Below, piece after piece: positions 1-9,968 of a stretch of 64,000 nucleotides of DNA. The stretch is from the NCBI GenBank assembly GCA_947459405.1, contig CANHDQ010000001.1, forward strand, positions 5,331 to 69,330, given 5' to 3'. The DNA is from Comamonadaceae bacterium. Lineage in GTDB: Bacteria; Pseudomonadota; Gammaproteobacteria; Burkholderiales; Burkholderiaceae_C. How positions within the stretch are numbered: position 1 is the stretch's first letter; each line of letters opens with the position of its first letter. Under the pieces are notes generated by a model. That model ran no database searches, was not told the origin of the DNA, and saw only the letters and a list, made by a program, of their open reading frames with translations. A program made the position numbers and the translations under genes.

Positions 1-428
1 GGCGGCAAAGTCGCATCGGCCGCCGGCTCTGGCTGCACCTGCTGCGGGCGCTGCATTTCATGGCCAATCAGCCGGCCTGCAGCAAACGTGCAGTCAACCC
101 AGGAGTCGCTGCCATCGGTCCAGCGGTAGACCTCGGGCTGCACATCTTTTTCGCTGCGCAGCTGCCCGAGCGAACGGGTCATGGCGATCACATGCATGAG
201 CGTCATGCCACGCTTGAGTTTGGCGTTAAGCATGACGGCGCTGTCGACATAACCAACCGGCCGCTGCGCCGCCCGCTGCAGCACCCGCATCAACCGCGTA
301 AAGTGCAGCAGCACCCACATCACCAGGGCGCCAGCCGTCATCGCCACGCCACCCCAGCCGCCATAGTGGTAACCCAGCGCCACCAGCGCCACCCCGCCCA
401 GCGGGAGCAAAATCTTTTGCACGATCAT
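1..428 (-). CDS. Conserved hypothetical membrane-anchored protein (runs off window start; not in ORF track)
   Basis: ATG at 428 reads MIVQKILLPLAGVALVALGYHYGGWGGVAMTAGALVMWVLLHFTRLMRVLQRAAQRPVGYVDSAVMLNAKL... with no stop before base 1; two N-terminal hydrophobic segments. Confidence 0.75.
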   Translation of the reverse strand, partial: MIVQKILLPLGGVALVALGYHYGGWGGVAMTAGALVMWVLLHFTRLMRVLQRAAQRPVGYVDSAVMLNAKLKRGMTLMHVIAMTRSLGQLRSEKDVQPEVYRWTDGSDSWVDCTFAAGRLIGHEMQRPQQVQPEPAADATLP

Positions 429-518
429 GGCAGTATTGTGGCAGCGCTGCGCTGGTACGGCCCAAGGCCGCGACCGGCACAGCCCATCACCCCGAGCCAA
501 CCCGAAAGACCCTGACAC

Positions 519-1373
519 ATGCGTATCTGCCGATTTGACCAAGACCGCCTGGGCGTCGTGAAAGGCGACCAGGTTCACGATGTGACGCCGGTGCTTCAAG
601 GGCTGCCGCCACTGGCCTGGCCTCTTGCGCCCGGCGATCACTTCTTCAACCATCTCGAGGCCTTGCGCGGGCCCATGGAGCGACTGGCCGGCCAGGTGGC
701 AGGCAAGCCGATCGAGTCGGTCAAGCTGCTCTCGCCAGTGGCCAACCCAGGCAAGATCGTCGCAGCGCCGGTCAACTACGCCTTGCACCTGGACGAGTCG
801 CGGGCCGACACCGCCATCAACTTTGGCACGCAAGTCAAAACGATTGCCGACTACGGCGTCTTTCTCAAGGCCACAAGTTCGGTGATCGGCGCCAGCCAGA
901 GCGTGATCGCCGACTGGCCTGATCGGCGCATCGACCATGAGGTCGAATTGGCCCTGGTCATCGGACGCGGGGGGTTTCGAATCCCCGAGTCCGAGGCCCT
1001 GTCGCATGTGGCTGGTTACATGATCGGGCTGGACATGACGATACGCGGCACCGAAGACCGATCGTTTCGCAAATCGCTCGACACCTTCACCGTGCTCGGG
1101 CCCTGGCTGGTCACCGCCGACGAGCTGGGCGACCCCAGCCAGCTCGATCTGGAGATCACGGTCAACGGCGAGCCCCGGCAAAAGTCCAACACCGCCTTGC
1201 TGATCTGGAATGTGCAAAAACTCATTGCCTACGCCAGCCAGGCCTACACGCTCTACCCGGGCGATGTGATCATGACCGGCACGCCCGAAGGCGTTGCGCC
1301 CGTGGTACCGGGCGACACGATGCACGCCCGCATCGAGCGCATTGGCCAGATGAAGGTGAAGGTCGGGCCTTGA
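519..1373 (+). CDS. Fumarylacetoacetate hydrolase family protein
   Basis: FAH motifs DHEVELALVIG, DMTIR, RKSLDTF, GDVIMTGTPEGV. Confidence 0.9.
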   Translation: MRICRFDQDRLGVVKGDQVHDVTPVLQGLPPLAWPLAPGDHFFNHLEALRGPMERLAGQVAGKPIESVKLLSPVANPGKIVAAPVNYALHLDESRADTAINFGTQVKTIADYGVFLKATSSVIGASQSVIADWPDRRIDHEVELALVIGRGGFRIPESEALSHVAGYMIGLDMTIRGTEDRSFRKSLDTFTVLGPWLVTADELGDPSQLDLEITVNGEPRQKSNTALLIWNVQKLIAYASQAYTLYPGDVIMTGTPEGVAPVVPGDTMHARIERIGQMKVKVGP

Positions 1374-1382
1374 GTGCGAGCT

Positions 1383-2354
1383 TCAGGCTGCGCCCGATGC
1401 GCGCGTGGCAAAGACCCGGGTGCCAGCCAGCACACCGGCCAGCAGCAAAGCAATTCCAGCCCAGCTCCAAGGCTCGGGCCAGAGCCCGCGGTGCATGAAG
1501 CCGTAGGCCAGTGCGGTCAGGGTTTCAAACACGATGAGTTGGCCCGTCAAAGAGGTGGGCAGCAGACGGCTGGCCTGGTTCCAGCACAGCGTGCCCAGCC
1601 AGGAGGCCAGCAGCCCAATGGCCAGCATCAGGCCCACATATTCAAGCGGGCGCGGCCCCAGGGCAGGGGCACCGGCACCGCCCCCCGCTGAAGCGACCTG
1701 ATAGACCAGCATGCCCACGGCCGCAAGCGGCAAAGTGGCCAGACCCTGAGCCGTGGCCCAGGTGCCCGAGCCCACGGCCGTGTTGCGCTGCATCCAGGCG
1801 GCATTGCGGATGGGGTACCAGGTCCAGCAGACCAGCGCGGCCAGGGCCAGCACCAGACCCAGACCCAAACTGGCACCGGTGACCTGCCCGAGCGCGATGC
1901 GCTGCATCTCCACCGACTGCACGGCCGCAATGCCTGCGGCAATCAGAAGCAAGGGCAGCGAAAGCCGCCGCCACGCAATGTCGCGCTGGGACAAGTTGGC
2001 GCACACCGCAATGACGACCGGCAAGGTGCCGATGATCACCGTCGGCAAGGGCACGCCGGCGAGTTGGATGGCCGACGACAGGGCCAGGTAGTACAGCACA
2101 TTGCCCACCGCCGCGAGCTTGAGCGCCTCGATCCAGTCGGCCCGCGTGAGCTGGGCCAACGCCCGCCGGTCGCGCCAGGCCAGCGGCAGCGCGATCAGCC
2201 CGAAGGCCAGGTAGCGGCCAAAGGTGAGCATGGCCGGCGAGTAGTCGGGCAGCAGCACGGGGGCCACGAACACCAGGCCCCAGGCCAGGCCGGCGGCCAG
2301 GGCAAAGGCAACCCCCGCGGCCAAGCGCGACGGTGCGATGGACTCAAGCAACAT
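1383..2354 (-). CDS. DMT/EamA family transporter (YtfF-like)
   Basis: About 10 TM segments; WGLVFVAP, GRYLAFG, WNQASRLLP..GQLIVFET motifs. Confidence 0.85.
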   Translation of the reverse strand: MLLESIAPSRLAAGVAFALAAGLAWGLVFVAPVLLPDYSPAMLTFGRYLAFGLIALPLAWRDRRALAQLTRADWIEALKLAAVGNVLYYLALSSAIQLAGVPLPTVIIGTLPVVIAVCANLSQRDIAWRRLSLPLLLIAAGIAAVQSVEMQRIALGQVTGASLGLGLVLALAALVCWTWYPIRNAAWMQRNTAVGSGTWATAQGLATLPLAAVGMLVYQVASAGGGAGAPALGPRPLEYVGLMLAIGLLASWLGTLCWNQASRLLPTSLTGQLIVFETLTALAYGFMHRGLWPEPWSWAGIALLLAGVLAGTRVFATRASGAA

Positions 2355-2533
2355 GGGGCGCGAGTATGCCGCACGCCCGCAAGCAGAGCGATGGGGGCGG
2401 GGTCAAGCACCCTGGTCGGCGAGATGAGAGCGCCGAGCTACTCGTCTCTCCCATCCCAGAAAGGTCGGGGCCAGCCCACGTTTGATTCAGAACGGGCTGC
2501 TTCACAAGCCTTGATCAGGCACAGTCGCTCCCT

Positions 2534-2636
2534 GTGCGCTGACACGCTGTGCCCGGCGCAGCGAAATAAAGGAGGAGAGGCAGCGCCAGCTGCCTCGGGG
2601 GACATTCGCGAAGCCGGGCACAGCGGGGCAGCGCAC
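2534..2636. repeat. Nested palindromic (REP/MITE-like) element
   Basis: gtgcgctg 2534-2541 / cagcgcac 2629-2636; perfect 13-bp IR 2545-2557 / 2613-2625; inner 8-bp IR 2577-2584 / 2589-2596. Confidence 0.7.
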
Positions 2637-2699
2637 CGCCCCAACACGCCCCAAAACGCCAACCCCAAGCCCGCCACAGCCTGCCCTTACCATGCACCC

Positions 2700-3662
2700 A
2701 TGATGAGCGTCGCCCGCATCCAGCAGACCACGGGCCTGGTCCTGATCGGCCTTGCACTGGCCTGGTTTGCAGCCTGGGCTGCCCAAGGGCAGTGGGTGAT
2801 CGCGGCACTGGCGCTCCTGGCGGGTCTGCCGCATGGGCCGGCGCTCGCCTTTGAGATGCTCTGGGCGGCCCATCTGGCGCGCGATGAAGCGGCGCGGCGG
2901 GCGATGGGCTCTGAGGGCGCGCCACCGGAAAGCTATCCGGGCAAGCGAGTCTGGCTGCGCGCCGCCTGCCACGAGGCCGCGCTGGCCGTTCGCGTCTTTG
3001 GCTGGCAGCAGCCCTGGGCGCATGGCGCGCAGCCCGATCATCTGCCGGCCAACAGCCAAGGACGGCGGGGCGTGCTGCTCGTGCATGGCTTCTTTTGCAA
3101 CCGCGGCTTCTGGAACCCCTGGATGGCGCGGCTGCGCGAGGCCGGCATCCCCTTCGTCGCCGTTACCCTTGACCCGCCCGTGGCCGACATCGCCCTGCAA
3201 GCGCGCGCGCTGGCCCGGGCACGCTTGCAACTGCTTGAAGCCACCGGTTTCGAGCCGCTGATGGTGGGCCACAGCATGGGCGGGCTGGTCATACGCAGCC
3301 ATCTGGCCGAGCAAAGCGATGAGCTGGCGGTGCGCTGCGAGGCCATCACGATCGGCTCACCCCACCACGGCACTGTGCTGGCCAGGCTGGGGCTGTCGAC
3401 AGCGGCGCTGCAAATGCGCCCGGGCAGCGACTTCCTGCGCGACCTGACCCGGCGCGAGAGCGCCGAGCGCCTCAGGCGTCTGACCTGCTACTGGAGTGTG
3501 TGCGACAACATCGTGTTTCCGGCGCGCCATGCCACGCTGGCCGGCGCCCGCAACATCGCCGTGCCCAATCGGCCCCACGTGGGGCTGGCCGATGCGCCGG
3601 AGATTTTTGAAGAGGTCCTTGGCCGCTTGAGCTCACTCCAAGCCGGCCAGAAGCGCTCTTGA
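2700..3662 (+). CDS. Membrane-anchored alpha/beta hydrolase (lipase/esterase family)
   Basis: N-terminal TM helices, LLVHGFFCN oxyanion motif, GHSMGG nucleophile elbow, GSPHHGT; start trimmed from the ORF track. Confidence 0.85.
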   Translation: MMSVARIQQTTGLVLIGLALAWFAAWAAQGQWVIAALALLAGLPHGPALAFEMLWAAHLARDEAARRAMGSEGAPPESYPGKRVWLRAACHEAALAVRVFGWQQPWAHGAQPDHLPANSQGRRGVLLVHGFFCNRGFWNPWMARLREAGIPFVAVTLDPPVADIALQARALARARLQLLEATGFEPLMVGHSMGGLVIRSHLAEQSDELAVRCEAITIGSPHHGTVLARLGLSTAALQMRPGSDFLRDLTRRESAERLRRLTCYWSVCDNIVFPARHATLAGARNIAVPNRPHVGLADAPEIFEEVLGRLSSLQAGQKRS

Positions 3663-3706
3663 CCAGAACCGCGCCGCACCCTTGACGAGCGGCCCACGGG
3701 ACTGCA

Positions 3707-5083
3707 TCACGCCAGGCTGCGAAACACCTCCAGCGCCTGCTCGACCCGCTCGACCGGGTGCAGGGTCAAGCCAGGAATCGGTTTTTTCGGCGCGTTGGCC
3801 TTGGGCACCACCGCCACCGAAAAGCCCAGCTTGGCCGCCTCCTTCAGGCGCTCTTGCCCCCGCGGGGCGGGCCTGACCTCGCCGGCCAGTCCCACTTCGC
3901 CAAACGCGATGAAGCCCTTGGGCAGGGGACGCCCACGCAGGCTCGAAGCGATGGCCAGCATCACGGCCAGATCGGCCGCCGGCTCGCTGATCCGCACCCC
4001 GCCGACCGCGTTGACAAACACATCCTGGTCCATACAAGCGACACCCGCATGGCGGTGCAAGACGGCCAGCAGCATGGCCAGCCGATCGCGGTCCAGGCCC
4101 ACCGACAGGCGCCGCGGACTGGGCCCGCCTGAATCGACGAGGGCCTGGATTTCCACCAGCAAGGGGCGCGAGCCCTCGAGCGTCACAAGCACGCAGCTGC
4201 CCGGCACCGGCTCGGCATGCTGCGACAGAAAAATCGCGCTCGGGTTGCTCACCCCCTTCAGACCCTTCTCGGTCATGGCAAACACGCCGATCTCGTTGAC
4301 CGCGCCAAACCGGTTCTTGATCGCGCGCACGAGCCGAAAGCTCGAATGCGTGTCGCCCTCAAAGTACAGCACCGTATCGACCATGTGCTCGAGCACACGC
4401 GGGCCTGCGAGCGCGCCCTCCTTGGTCACATGGCCGACCAGCACGATGCTCACGCCGTCGTCCTTGGCCGCACGGGTGAGGTGGGCGGCGCACTCGCGCA
4501 CCTGCGCCACCGACCCCGGGGCCGAGGTGAGCTGGTCGGAGTACACCGTCTGGATGGAGTCGATCACCGCCACATCGGGCTGCACGCTTTGCAGTGTGGC
4601 CAGCATCTTCTCCAGATGGGTTTCGGCCAGCACCTGAACCTGCGAGCCCTCGATGCCCAGACGGCGCGCGCGCAGGGCCACTTGCGCGCCGCTTTCCTCG
4701 CCCGTGATGTAGAGCGTGCGGTGCCCCTGACGCTGCAAGGCATCAAGCGCCTGCAGCAGCAGCGTTGACTTGCCAATGCCCGGGTCGCCGCCGATGAGCA
4801 CCACAGCGCCCTCGACGATGCCGCCACCGAGTACGCGGTCGAGCTCCTCCTGGCCGGTGGGCGTGCGCGCAAAGTCGCTTGCCTCAATCTGCGAGAGCGC
4901 CTTGAGCTCGGACGACGGCGCCAGACTGGCACGGCCGGCAAAGCGGTTCTTGCCAGCCCCCGGCGTCTCGGCTGCGGTCTCGACCAGGCTGTTCCAGGCG
5001 CCGCAATGCGGGCACTTGCCCAGCCACTTAGGGGTGGTGCCGCCGCAATCGGAGCAGCTGTAAACCGTCTTGTCTTTGGCCAT
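3707..5083 (-). CDS. radA: DNA repair protein RadA/Sms
   Basis: CxxC..CxxC zinc finger, GDPGIGKS Walker A, KNRFG motif, Lon-like C-terminus. Confidence 0.97.
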   Translation of the reverse strand: MAKDKTVYSCSDCGGTTPKWLGKCPHCGAWNSLVETAAETPGAGKNRFAGRASLAPSSELKALSQIEASDFARTPTGQEELDRVLGGGIVEGAVVLIGGDPGIGKSTLLLQALDALQRQGHRTLYITGEESGAQVALRARRLGIEGSQVQVLAETHLEKMLATLQSVQPDVAVIDSIQTVYSDQLTSAPGSVAQVRECAAHLTRAAKDDGVSIVLVGHVTKEGALAGPRVLEHMVDTVLYFEGDTHSSFRLVRAIKNRFGAVNEIGVFAMTEKGLKGVSNPSAIFLSQHAEPVPGSCVLVTLEGSRPLLVEIQALVDSGGPSPRRLSVGLDRDRLAMLLAVLHRHAGVACMDQDVFVNAVGGVRISEPAADLAVMLAIASSLRGRPLPKGFIAFGEVGLAGEVRPAPRGQERLKEAAKLGFSVAVVPKANAPKKPIPGLTLHPVERVEQALEVFRSLA

Positions 5084-5199
5084 GGTGCCAGTGTAGGGCG
5101 CAAGCGGCCCGACCTTTGCATCCACCGGGGTGTGGGACCGCGTCACCATGGGCGCCAGCGATCAGACTCTGGCCGGCGCCGCAGGGTTAGACTGCCCCC

Positions 5200-6234
5200 A
5201 TGCCTGAGACCCCTGCATCACCCGACCCCCAGCCGGGGCCTTTCAAACGCGTGACCATCGTCGGCGCAGGCGCCATCGGCCTGTGGATCGGCTGGCATCT
5301 GGCGCAGCGGGGCTGCCAGGTCAGTGCGCTGGCGCGGGGCGATACGCTGCATGCGCTGCGCTCGCAAGGCATGCGCCTGCAATCGGGATCGGGGCCTGTG
5401 CGCACGGCGCCGGTGCATGCCAGCGACGAGCCGCAAGCGCTTGGCGTGCAAGACCTGGTCGTGCTGGCCGTCAAGGCGCCCGCACTGGCCGACGTGGCTC
5501 TGCGCATGGGCCCCCTGCTGGGGCCGCACACCGTGGTGCTGACGGCCATGAACGGCGTGCCCTGGTGGTTTTTCGAGGGGTTTGGCGGGCCCCTGGCCGG
5601 CAGCCGGCTGCAATCGATCGACCCCCACGGGCTGATCGCACAGGCCCTGCCTGCCGGCCAGGTGATCGGCGCGGTGGTCCACGCCAGCTGCGCCGCGCAG
5701 GCCGGCCTGGTGCACCATCATTTTGGTCAGCGGCTGGTGATTGGTGAGCCCGCTGGCGGCACCACCACCCGGCTGCAGGCCCTGGCCGCCCTGCTGATGC
5801 AGGCCGGCTTCGAGACCGAGGTGGCGCCCTGCATCCAGCGCGAGATCTGGTTCAAGCTGTGGGGCAATATGACGGTCAACCCGATCAGCGCACTGACCGG
5901 CGCCACCACCGACCTCATCATGGACGACGATCTGCTGCGCCAGGCCATCTCGGGCATGATGCTCGAGGCCCGCGAAATCGGCCAGCGCATTGGCGCGCCG
6001 ATCTCGCTCGATCCCGAGGAGCGTCATGCCGTGACCCGCAAGCTCGGCCGCTTCAAGACCTCGATGCTGCAAGACGTCGAGTCGGGCAAGGCGATCGAGC
6101 TCGATGCGCTGCTGGGCGTGGTGCACGAGCTGGGCCGGCGCACCGGGGTGCCCACCCCCCTGATTGATGCCCTACTGGGCATGGCCCGGCTGCAAGGGCG
6201 CATGAAAGGGCTGTACCCCTGGACGGCACCGTGA
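5200..6234 (+). CDS. panE: 2-dehydropantoate 2-reductase (ketopantoate reductase family)
   Basis: GAGAIG Rossmann motif, LAVKA, WFKLWGN, KTSMLQD..E. Confidence 0.85.
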   Translation: MPETPASPDPQPGPFKRVTIVGAGAIGLWIGWHLAQRGCQVSALARGDTLHALRSQGMRLQSGSGPVRTAPVHASDEPQALGVQDLVVLAVKAPALADVALRMGPLLGPHTVVLTAMNGVPWWFFEGFGGPLAGSRLQSIDPHGLIAQALPAGQVIGAVVHASCAAQAGLVHHHFGQRLVIGEPAGGTTTRLQALAALLMQAGFETEVAPCIQREIWFKLWGNMTVNPISALTGATTDLIMDDDLLRQAISGMMLEAREIGQRIGAPISLDPEERHAVTRKLGRFKTSMLQDVESGKAIELDALLGVVHELGRRTGVPTPLIDALLGMARLQGRMKGLYPWTAP

Positions 6235-7130
6235 GCCAGCGCGCCCTGAGCACCACCGCCTTCCTCACGCTGCTGGCCATTGCCAGCATGATGGGCGCCA
6301 ACCATGTGGCGGCGCGCGCGGCCTTCAACGATGGCACCGATGTGGCCACCGCGGTCGTGCTGCGCAGCGGCCTGACCGCCGCGGCGCTGGTGCTGCTGCT
6401 GTGGCGCCAGCGGCCCACCGAGCTGCCCGGGCCCGGACAATGGCGCGCGCTGCTGGGCGCAGGCGTCTTGGTGGGCATGCAAAGCCTGTGCATCTACTCC
6501 GCCGTGGCGCGCTTGCCGGTGGCACTGGCGCTGCTGGCCTTCAACACCTTCCCGATTTTTGCTGGCCTGTGGGCCTGGGTCTTGTATGGCCAGCGGCCGG
6601 CGCGCGCTCTGGTGCTGGCCATGCCGCTGCTGATCGTCGGGCTGGCCCTGGCCCTTGATGTGCTGGGCGCCGCCTCGGGCCTGGGCGCGCAGGCGCAGTG
6701 GCAACGCATCGGCGCAGGGCTGGCCTATGCCCTGGCCGCTGCGGCCAGCTTCGGCCTGGTGCTGATCCTGACCCAGCACGAAATCGCCGGCATCGACGCA
6801 CGCCTGCGCACGGCCATCACCATGGCCCTGGCCTGCGCCGTGGCCATGGTGATGGTGGCCATACAGGGCAGCTGGCAGCTGCCGCAATCGGCCAGCGGCT
6901 GGCTGGGCCTGAGCCTGCTGACCGTCCTCTACGGCACCGGCATCACCTTGCTGCTGGCTGTGCTGCCGCGCCTGGGCGTGGTCGGCAACTCGCCCATCCT
7001 CAACATCGAACCCGTGGTGGCCCTGGTGCTGGCCTGGCTGCTGCTGGGCCAGAGCATCGAACCCGTGCAAGTGGCCGGCGGCCTGCTGGTGGTTGGCGTG
7101 GTCATGGCCCTGGGGCTGAGAAAGCGCTGA
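6231..7130 (+). CDS. DMT/EamA family transporter
   Basis: About 10 TM segments, two EamA repeats, NIEPVVA; GTG start overlaps panE stop. Confidence 0.85.
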   Translation: MSQRALSTTAFLTLLAIASMMGANHVAARAAFNDGTDVATAVVLRSGLTAAALVLLLWRQRPTELPGPGQWRALLGAGVLVGMQSLCIYSAVARLPVALALLAFNTFPIFAGLWAWVLYGQRPARALVLAMPLLIVGLALALDVLGAASGLGAQAQWQRIGAGLAYALAAAASFGLVLILTQHEIAGIDARLRTAITMALACAVAMVMVAIQGSWQLPQSASGWLGLSLLTVLYGTGITLLLAVLPRLGVVGNSPILNIEPVVALVLAWLLLGQSIEPVQVAGGLLVVGVVMALGLRKR

Positions 7131-7182
7131 AAGGCCAAGTGCAGGCTCTCTCGGGTCGATCGCGCTTTAGATAATCGCGCCC

Positions 7183-8133
7183 TCAGGACCAGTACAGGCG
7201 CATCGGGTTGTCCACCAGCAGCTTGCGCTGCAGCTCTGCGGTGGTGGCAATCTGCGGGATGAAGTCGACCAGCAGGCCGTCGTCGGGCATGTGGTCCTTC
7301 AAATTGGGATGGGGCCAGTCGGTGCCCCAAAGCACGCGATCGGGAAAGGTTTCGACCACGCGGCGGGCGAAGGGCAGCACATCTCGGTAGGGCGCGCTTT
7401 GGCCGTCGCGGGCGGGCGGGCCCGACAGGCTCAGACGCTCCGGGCAGCTGACCTTGCTCCAGATGTGGGGGTGCTCACGCATCAGGCGCATGAAAAGCTC
7501 GAACTGCGGCCCGTCAATCGGCAGGTCGACATCGGGGCGGCCCATGTGATCGACCACCACGGTGGTCGGTAGCGCGGTGAAGAAGTCCCACAACTCAGGC
7601 AGGTCGCGCGCCTCGAAGTAAATCACCACATGCCAGCCCAGCCGGGCGATGCGCACGGCGATGTCCATCAGCTCGCTCTGGGGCGTGAAGTCGACCAGGC
7701 GCTTGACGAAGTTAAAGCGCACGCCGCGCACGCCGGCCTCATGCAGTGCGCGCAGCTGCGCATCGCTGATGTCCCGGCGCACCGTGGCCACGCCACGGGC
7801 ACGGCCGGCGGCCTTGGCCAGCGCATCGAGCAAGGCGCTGTTGTCGGCTCCGTGGCAGGTGGCCTGCACGATGACATTGCGCGCAAAGCCCAAGTGGTCG
7901 CGCAGCGCAAACAGCTGCTCGGCACTGGCATCGCAGGGCGTGTACTTGCGCTCGGGCGCGTAGGCAAACACATCGCCCGGGCCAAACACATGACAGTGCG
8001 CATCGACACTGCCCGGCGGCGGCACAAAACGGGGCCGGGCCGGACCGTCATACCAATCGAGCCAGCCGGCTGTCTTGGTGTGGGGGCCAGCAGTTGGGCG
8101 CGAGGGGCTAGGCGCAGGCACGAGGGGGCTCAA
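7183..8133 (-). CDS. ligI: 2-pyrone-4,6-dicarboxylate lactonase (LigI/PmdD)
   Basis: [46 protein letters not shown]; adjacent to ligK/ligJ. Confidence 0.92.
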   Translation of the reverse strand: MSPLVPAPSPSRPTAGPHTKTAGWLDWYDGPARPRFVPPPGSVDAHCHVFGPGDVFAYAPERKYTPCDASAEQLFALRDHLGFARNVIVQATCHGADNSALLDALAKAAGRARGVATVRRDISDAQLRALHEAGVRGVRFNFVKRLVDFTPQSELMDIAVRIARLGWHVVIYFEARDLPELWDFFTALPTTVVVDHMGRPDVDLPIDGPQFELFMRLMREHPHIWSKVSCPERLSLSGPPARDGQSAPYRDVLPFARRVVETFPDRVLWGTDWPHPNLKDHMPDDGLLVDFIPQIATTAELQRKLLVDNPMRLYWS

Positions 8134-8813
8134 TCGATGTAGCGCAGGCCCGCTTTTTCAAGCGGCTCGCGCATTTTGTAAAGGTCCAGGCCGAGCACAC
8201 CGCTGGCAAGCTTGTTGCGCTTGTCACCTTCATTGGCCTCGCGCGCACGGGCGGCCTCCAAAGTCTGGGCGACCCGCGCGCGGGGCACGCAGACCACGCC
8301 GTCGTCGTCGGCCACGATGGCATCGCCGGGGTGGACGGACATGCCCGCACAGACCACCGGGATGTTGACCGACCCCAGCGTGGCCTTGACCGTGCCCTTG
8401 CTCGAGACCGCGCGGCTCCAGACCGGAAACTTCATGTCGGTCAGCGTCTTGACATCGCGAACGCCAGCATCGATGACAAGCGCGCGGGCACCGCGCGCCT
8501 GAAAGCTCGTGGCCAGCAGGTCACCAAAGTAGCCGTCGGTGCATTCGGCGGTGACCGCAGCCACCACGATGTCGCCGGGCTCGATCTGTTCGGCCGCCAC
8601 ATGCAGCATCCAGTTGTCCCCGGGATGCAGCAGCACGGTCACGACCGTTCCCGAGACCTGCGCGCCGGCATAGATGGGGCGCATATAGGGCTTGAGCAGG
8701 CCCACGCGGCCCATGGCCTCGTGCACGGTGGCCGAGCCCAGGGGCGCCAGCGCGTCCGTGCTTGCGCGGTCGGCGCGCTCAATGTTGCGGTACACGACGC
8801 CAAGTTCGTACAT
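8130..8813 (-). CDS. ligK: 4-carboxy-4-hydroxy-2-oxoadipate aldolase/oxaloacetate decarboxylase (LigK/PmdF)
   Basis: [35 protein letters not shown]; RraA-like fold. Confidence 0.95.
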   Translation of the reverse strand: MYELGVVYRNIERADRASTDALAPLGSATVHEAMGRVGLLKPYMRPIYAGAQVSGTVVTVLLHPGDNWMLHVAAEQIEPGDIVVAAVTAECTDGYFGDLLATSFQARGARALVIDAGVRDVKTLTDMKFPVWSRAVSSKGTVKATLGSVNIPVVCAGMSVHPGDAIVADDDGVVCVPRARVAQTLEAARAREANEGDKRNKLASGVLGLDLYKMREPLEKAGLRYID

Positions 8814-8834
8814 GGTGCTTTCTCCTGCGGGGGT

Positions 8835-9863
8835 TTACTTGCCGGCGGCCTTCAGGCGCGCGTCCAGGCGGCTGAACACCCGGCGGGTGTTGGCCTCGTA
8901 AATCTGGTGCTTGTCGGCGGCCGAGAGGAGGGTGCTGGCCTCAATGTAGCGCTTGGTGTCGTCGTAGTAGTGGCCCGTGGTCGGGTCGATGCCGCGCACC
9001 GCGCCGATCATCTCGGAGGCAAAGAGCACGTTCTTGACCGGGATCACGGTGTTGAGCAGATCGATGCCGGGCTGGTGGTAGACGCAGGTGTCGAAGTACA
9101 CGTTGCCCAGCACATGCTCGGTGAGCAGGGGCTTTTTCATTTCCTGCGCCAGCCCGCGGAACCGGCCCCAGTGGTAAGGCACGGCGCCGCCGCCATGGGG
9201 AATGAGGAACTTGAGCGTGGGGAAGTCCTTGAACAAATCACCCTGGATGAGCTGCATGAAGGCGGTGGTGTCGGCGTTGAGGTAGTGCGCGCCTGTGGTG
9301 TGAAAGCAGGCATTGCAACTGGTGCTCACGTGGATCATCGCGGGCAGGTCGTACTCGACCATCTTTTCGTAGATGGGGTACCAGTGGCGGTCGGTCAGCG
9401 GCGGGCTGGTCCAGTGACCGCCCGAGGGGTCGGGGTTGAGATTGATGCCGACCGCGCCGTAGTCCTTGACGCACTTTTCCAGCTCGGCAACGCAGGTGGC
9501 CGGGTCGACCCCGGGCGACTGCGGCAGCATGGCCACCGGCACAAAGTGCTCGGGAAAGAGTTGGCTGACACGAAACACCAGCTCGTTGCAGATGGCGGCC
9601 CAGGTGGACGAGACCTGAAAGTCGCCGATGTGGTGGGCCATGAAGCTGGCACGCGGCGAAAACAGCGTGAGGTCGCTGCCGCGCTCCTTCATGAGCTTGA
9701 GCTGGTTGGTCTCGATGGCTTCGCGCAGCTCGTCGTCGCTGATTTTCAAGTCCGCCGCTCGCGGCATCTTGGACGGCTCCTGGATGCCGGCGATCTGCTG
9801 GTTGCGCCAGTCCTCCAGCGCCTTGGGGGCGGTGGTGAAATGACCGTGGCAGTCGATGATCAT
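8835..9863 (-). CDS. ligJ: 4-oxalomesaconate hydratase (LigJ/PmdE)
   Basis: MIIDCHGH, SPRASFMAHHIG, NLNPDPSGG, PHGGGAVPYHWGR, FASEMIGAVRG. Confidence 0.95.
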   Translation of the reverse strand: MIIDCHGHFTTAPKALEDWRNQQIAGIQEPSKMPRAADLKISDDELREAIETNQLKLMKERGSDLTLFSPRASFMAHHIGDFQVSSTWAAICNELVFRVSQLFPEHFVPVAMLPQSPGVDPATCVAELEKCVKDYGAVGINLNPDPSGGHWTSPPLTDRHWYPIYEKMVEYDLPAMIHVSTSCNACFHTTGAHYLNADTTAFMQLIQGDLFKDFPTLKFLIPHGGGAVPYHWGRFRGLAQEMKKPLLTEHVLGNVYFDTCVYHQPGIDLLNTVIPVKNVLFASEMIGAVRGIDPTTGHYYDDTKRYIEASTLLSAADKHQIYEANTRRVFSRLDARLKAAGK

Positions 9864-9968
9864 GTTGGGGGCTCCGGTTCAAAACAAGAAGGTGGCGACA
9901 AGGCCGCATCGCCGCAGGGCGTCTCACAGGGCGCAGGCCTGACATCCGGGCGGGCGGGCTGGGGCATT

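Noticed and set aside
2405-2460. GGAGAG...CGCCGA on the minus strand resembling a glycine riboswitch
   Set aside because: Lacks the following AGG.GCAA and CTCTCAGG elements and a second aptamer
2064-2699. Long N-terminal extensions in the ORF track (lipase, lplT, mtnN, cfa, DUF3833, purB, GST, RND, nit, secF)
   Set aside because: Extensions overlap neighbouring genes or intergenic structures; family-typical N-termini begin at downstream starts
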